Part shown: in pieces, positions 44,802 to 48,005 of the stretch | Position numbering within the stretch: position 1 is the stretch's first letter | Layout: each line of letters starts with the position of its first letter | Source: Fidelibacterota bacterium | GTDB lineage: Bacteria > Pseudomonadota > Alphaproteobacteria > Rhodospirillales > Rhodospirillaceae | Assembly: GCA_947481595.1 (NCBI GenBank) | Contig: CANKHC010000001.1 | Location: forward strand, 1 to 48,005 | Reading direction: 5' to 3' | Length of the DNA stretch: 48,005 bases | Position numbers and translations under genes: made by a program | The notes under the pieces: generated by a model | Told to the model about the DNA's origin: nothing | The model's input: the letters and a program-made list of their open reading frames with translations, nothing else | Databases searched by the model: none

Positions 44802-47294
44802 TTAGAAAGCCAGGTGGATCGAGCCCTGGACGGTGCGCGGCGATGCGATGTTGTAGGTCGGCGCGCCGCTGAAGCCGGGGATCGCCGCGTTGGAGGTCAC
44901 GCGGGTCGAGATCGAACCCAGGTAGTGGCGGTCCATCAGGTTGGTGACGTTGAGCTGCAGGTAGGTATCGGGCAGGTTCACCAGGTTCTCCAGGTTATAA
45001 CGCACGTTGGCGTCGATCACCGTGTAGTCCGCCGCCTTTTCGTCGTTGACGTCGGTGGCCCAGCGGTCGCCGGTGTACTTGCCCTGCAGGCCGAAGGTGA
45101 AGTCGCCGATTTCGTATTCGGCACGTAACGCAAAGGTCCAATCCGGGGTTTCCACCAGCCGCTTGCCCGCGGTCGGCGTCGTGGTGCCGGCGGTGAACAC
45201 GATGTTGTTCAGCACCTTGCTGTGGGTATAGCTGACAGAGCTGTAGATGTTCAGGCCGTCCATCGGTTTGAACCCGACTTCGCCGTCGACACCCCAGATG
45301 TGCACGGCGCCGACGTTGCGGTCGACGCTGACCAAGAGGATGGGATCGTAGGAGGTCACGATGCGGTTCTTGAAGTCGGTCTTCCACACCGAGGTCGACA
45401 GCATCAGGTCCGGCGTCTGATAGCGGTAGCCGATGTCATAAGCGCGCGTCGTTTCCGGCGCGAGGCTGTTGGTGATATCGACGGCGGTATACAGGTTGTC
45501 GGTACGCAGCCCCGACAGGCCTTCGGCGAAGCTGGCATAGATCATGTGCTCTTCGCCGAACGGCTTGGCCGAGATGCCGATGTTCGGCAGGATCTTGTCG
45601 TACTTCACCGTCTTGGCGAACGGCGGCAGGTACGCCGTCGTCGAGGCGCCCGGTTGGCCGGTGCCGGGAGCGGGGAAGGTGACGAAGCCCGTCGTCGCAT
45701 TCGGCGCACTCGGGGTCTGCGTCGTGCAGTAGGCCGTGTTCGGCAGCTGCGTATAGCAGTATTGGTTCAGGTCGCGGCTGAAGAACGGCGCGCGCAAGCC
45801 CGCCGACACACGCACGATGTCGTCGACAAACGCACCTTCATAGTTGAGGGCGACCTGCTGCAGCTTGGCGATCGAGTAACGGTCGCGGAAGCGCAAGGGC
45901 GTGCCATCGGCCGACAACACCAGGCCGGGGCCACCCGTCACGCCCGGGAAGTAGGAAGTCGGCGCGTGCGTGGTGGCATCGAGCCTGTTGTACTCACCCG
46001 TCTGGCGGTGCTTGCCGTAATCCAGCGTGTAAGCCACGCGGAAAGCGTGGTTTTCAAATGGACGATAGATCAAGGACGCGGTCACGCCATAACGATTCGT
46101 GTTGGTGACCGACGGGCCCCAGATACGAATGCCGTCCAGCACGTCGCCGTCGCCGTTCAGATCGGCACCGGCGGCTTGCGTCGTCGTGGTGCCGCCGCCG
46201 CGCAGGCGGCCGGTGAACTCGTCGATCACCGTCGCGGCCGTACCGCCCGTGGCCAGCACATACTGATAGCTCGGGTCGACGGTCAGTTTCAGGTTGTCGG
46301 TGATGGTAAAGGCCGACTGGGCGCGGATGTTGCCGGTGTTGGACGGGTTGACGCGCTGGGACTGCAGGTTCGTGCAGCTCGCCGTCGAGGTGACGTCGTT
46401 GGCGTTGCCGGCATTGTCGTTGTCACGCACGCCGGCGGTCGGCGCGTCGGTGCCGCAGGTCTCGAAGTAGTCGAACTTCCAGCCGAACTGCGACAGCTCA
46501 GCGCGGTTGACCGAGCGGTAGGCGTTGTTGCGGTTGCGGTTGTAGTGGAAGCCGATCTTGATGAAGTCTGAGTCGCCGAACTCCTGCACGACCTTGCCGT
46601 TGAACTGCCACTTCTCGAGCGTGCCCGGGCCCTTGAACTTGTCGTACTTCTGATAGGACACCGCCAGGACCGACTTCGTGCCCCACGGGCCGATGGCACC
46701 GGGCTCGACCATCGCGAAGACGCGCTTATAGTCGAAGCTGCCGTAGGAGCCGACGAGCGTGCCGCGGAAGGTGTCGGACGGATCGATTGAGACGATGTTG
46801 ATGGTGCCGCCGGTGGCCGAGGCGGTCGGGCTGTCGACGTCGGTCGTGCCCTGGTTGACCGTGGTCTTGCCGATGAATTCCGCGTCGAGCAGCTGGTTGG
46901 TGAACAGCGCGTAGTTGCCGGTGTCGTTCAGCGGCACGCCGTCGAAGGTCACCGAGATGCGGTTGCCGTCGAAGCTGTGCAGGCGGATGTTGCCGCCCGA
47001 GGAGCCGTAGGGGTCGTTGTTGGTGAAGCTCACACCCGGCAGCAGGTTGATCGACTGCACGATCGACTGGCCGGCTTGCTGTGTTTCAAGGAACTCGGCG
47101 GTCACCGAGGAGCGTGCCTTGGCGATCTGTTCGGCGGCGATCAGGCCGGCGACGGTGTCTTGAATGCGGTTGGCCGAGACGACCAGCTCTTCCAACTGCA
47201 CGCTGCCGGTGGATTGCGCGACTGCCGCGCCCGCACACACCAGCGACATCGCCAGCGCGCTCGTCGTCGTCGTCAAAACAGATTTCATACGCAT
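44802..47294 (-). CDS. TonB-dependent receptor
   Basis: Signal peptide MRMKSVLTTTTSALAMSLVCAGAAVAQ and TonB box-like LEELVVSANR. Plug motifs are LLPGVSFTNNDPYGSSGGNIRLHSFDGNRISVTFDGVPLND. The barrel ends ...GSIHLAF. Confidence 0.9.
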   Translation of the reverse strand: MRMKSVLTTTTSALAMSLVCAGAAVAQSTGSVQLEELVVSANRIQDTVAGLIAAEQIAKARSSVTAEFLETQQAGQSIVQSINLLPGVSFTNNDPYGSSGGNIRLHSFDGNRISVTFDGVPLNDTGNYALFTNQLLDAEFIGKTTVNQGTTDVDSPTASATGGTINIVSIDPSDTFRGTLVGSYGSFDYKRVFAMVEPGAIGPWGTKSVLAVSYQKYDKFKGPGTLEKWQFNGKVVQEFGDSDFIKIGFHYNRNRNNAYRSVNRAELSQFGWKFDYFETCGTDAPTAGVRDNDNAGNANDVTSTASCTNLQSQRVNPSNTGNIRAQSAFTITDNLKLTVDPSYQYVLATGGTAATVIDEFTGRLRGGGTTTTQAAGADLNGDGDVLDGIRIWGPSVTNTNRYGVTASLIYRPFENHAFRVAYTLDYGKHRQTGEYNRLDATTHAPTSYFPGVTGGPGLVLSADGTPLRFRDRYSIAKLQQVALNYEGAFVDDIVRVSAGLRAPFFSRDLNQYCYTQLPNTAYCTTQTPSAPNATTGFVTFPAPGTGQPGASTTAYLPPFAKTVKYDKILPNIGISAKPFGEEHMIYASFAEGLSGLRTDNLYTAVDITNSLAPETTRAYDIGYRYQTPDLMLSTSVWKTDFKNRIVTSYDPILLVSVDRNVGAVHIWGVDGEVGFKPMDGLNIYSSVSYTHSKVLNNIVFTAGTTTPTAGKRLVETPDWTFALRAEYEIGDFTFGLQGKYTGDRWATDVNDEKAADYTVIDANVRYNLENLVNLPDTYLQLNVTNLMDRHYLGSISTRVTSNAAIPGFSGAPTYNIASPRTVQGSIHLAF

Positions 47295-47436
47295 CGCCCA
47301 CTCTCCTTATGAAATGCCCCACTTGAAAATTCCCAGGCACGAAAATGCCGTCGCAGGCAAAGCACCTGGACGGACACAGACGTGGACCCGCTGCAGCTTT
47401 GATTCCCCTAGAACCCCATCAGCGTAGTCATGCTGC

Positions 47437-47454
47437 ATTGCAGCACGATGACTG
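47437..47454 (-). promoter_or_regulatory. Weak Pho-box-like direct repeat upstream of the TBDR
   Basis: The minus strand reads CAGTCAT-CGTG-CTGCAAT against the E. coli-type CTGTCAT-N4-CTGTCAT consensus (11/14 matches). It lies about 145-160 nt upstream of the TBDR start, in a comparatively AT-rich spacer. Confidence 0.25.
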
Positions 47455-47521
47455 CACTGTAAAAGGAATCGCAAAGATTTGTAAATCTACCGCGTCGAAA
47501 TTTTGAATCTTTTGTGACGCC

Positions 47522-48005
47522 CTAAGGGACGGGCGGCGGCGGCAGTTTCAGGGCCTCGCGCACGGCCGGCCAGGGCACCAACTTGAAGTTCTGGTTGGCC
47601 TTGGCTTGGCCGTCAAAATTAAAGCCATCCTGGATCGCGAGCAAACCTCCTGGAAAAGCGGGGCCAAGGTTGGCGGCTGTAGCATCCAGACCATCGGTTT
47701 CGCCGGTGCCGTCAATGGCTCCATCACCCACCACAAAGGCCCCACGGAAGGTGTGGGGTTGGGCGCGGTCATAGACGTTATAGGAGTGCGATCCCTGGCT
47801 GGAGACGATCAGGTAGCCGGCACCATTTCCTTCATCCAGCAGCGCGATCCCTTCCGCATCGGCGGTGAGATGCCCCTTGGCCACCGTATCGATGCTGGAG
47901 CGCGCATCGCCGTCACCCGGTTCGGCGCCGTAAGACCACACGCCCACATCCTCTTCGTCGATGAACAACCGCCCGTTCGCAGCGTCCGCGACACAACCCT
48001 CGGCC
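47522..48005 (-). CDS. Beta-propeller 3-phytase, 5'-partial (continues beyond window end)
   Basis: The frame is open to the window edge. ...LFIDEEDVGVW...AEGIAL...GYLIVSSQGSHSYNVYDR...GETDGLD...LLAIQDGFNFDGQAKANQNFKLVPW closely parallels the Bacillus PhyC C-terminus (QKANQNFKMVPW). Confidence 0.85.
   Translation of the reverse strand, partial: AEGCVADAANGRLFIDEEDVGVWSYGAEPGDGDARSSIDTVAKGHLTADAEGIALLDEGNGAGYLIVSSQGSHSYNVYDRAQPHTFRGAFVVGDGAIDGTGETDGLDATAANLGPAFPGGLLAIQDGFNFDGQAKANQNFKLVPWPAVREALKLPPPPVP

Noticed and set aside
1-48005. Searched for mobile-element hallmarks (transposase, integrase, inverted terminal repeats, tRNA-adjacent island borders) and for recognisable defence or toxin-antitoxin genes.
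   Set aside because: None was recognised. The lone XRE regulator has no adjacent toxin-like partner, and no ORF shows integrase, transposase, nuclease or ATPase defence signatures.

Overview
GC-rich window with alphaproteobacterial hallmarks: an XRE regulator of the alphaproteobacterial type, GGAAC-N16/17-CGTT promoters and a GTTC-N7-GTTC box. It is gene-dense, with about 40 supportable CDS. No rRNA, tRNA, CRISPR array, transposase or integrase was recognised. Content, left to right: (1) the 3' end of a FecR-type sensor plus an STN-domain TonB-dependent receptor (TBDR); (2) a cNMP-binding protein, a secreted beta-helix protein and an XRE regulator; (3) small stress-type proteins (DUF2188-like, a Q/N/D-rich repeat protein and, further right, a K-rich protein), two of which carry exact EcfG-type general-stress promoter motifs; (4) a type IB topoisomerase next to a DUF763/HhH protein that is preceded by an alphaproteobacterial SOS-box motif; (5) a heme-oxygenase-like iron enzyme plus FAD oxidoreductase pair; (6) a Csu/SCPU-type chaperone-usher pilus operon; (7) a PotABC-like ABC importer whose binding-protein gene looks 5'-truncated; (8) two divergent TBDRs and two tandem paralogous small secreted proteins; (9) the most unusual region, 27.5-38.1 kb, an eight-gene co-directional cluster in which every non-regulatory product has an export signal; it holds an unknown protein, a DUF1592/1588-like CxxCH protein, two DUF1552 proteins, three Cys-pair repeat proteins and an in-line LysR; (10) a PhyH-like oxygenase and a TBDR; (11) a phosphate-scavenging block of PhoX, PhoD, a TBDR and a beta-propeller phytase that is cut by the window end. 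Most long ORFs antisense to these genes are high-GC shadow ORFs and were rejected. All family assignments come from motif recognition by eye, not from database searches.
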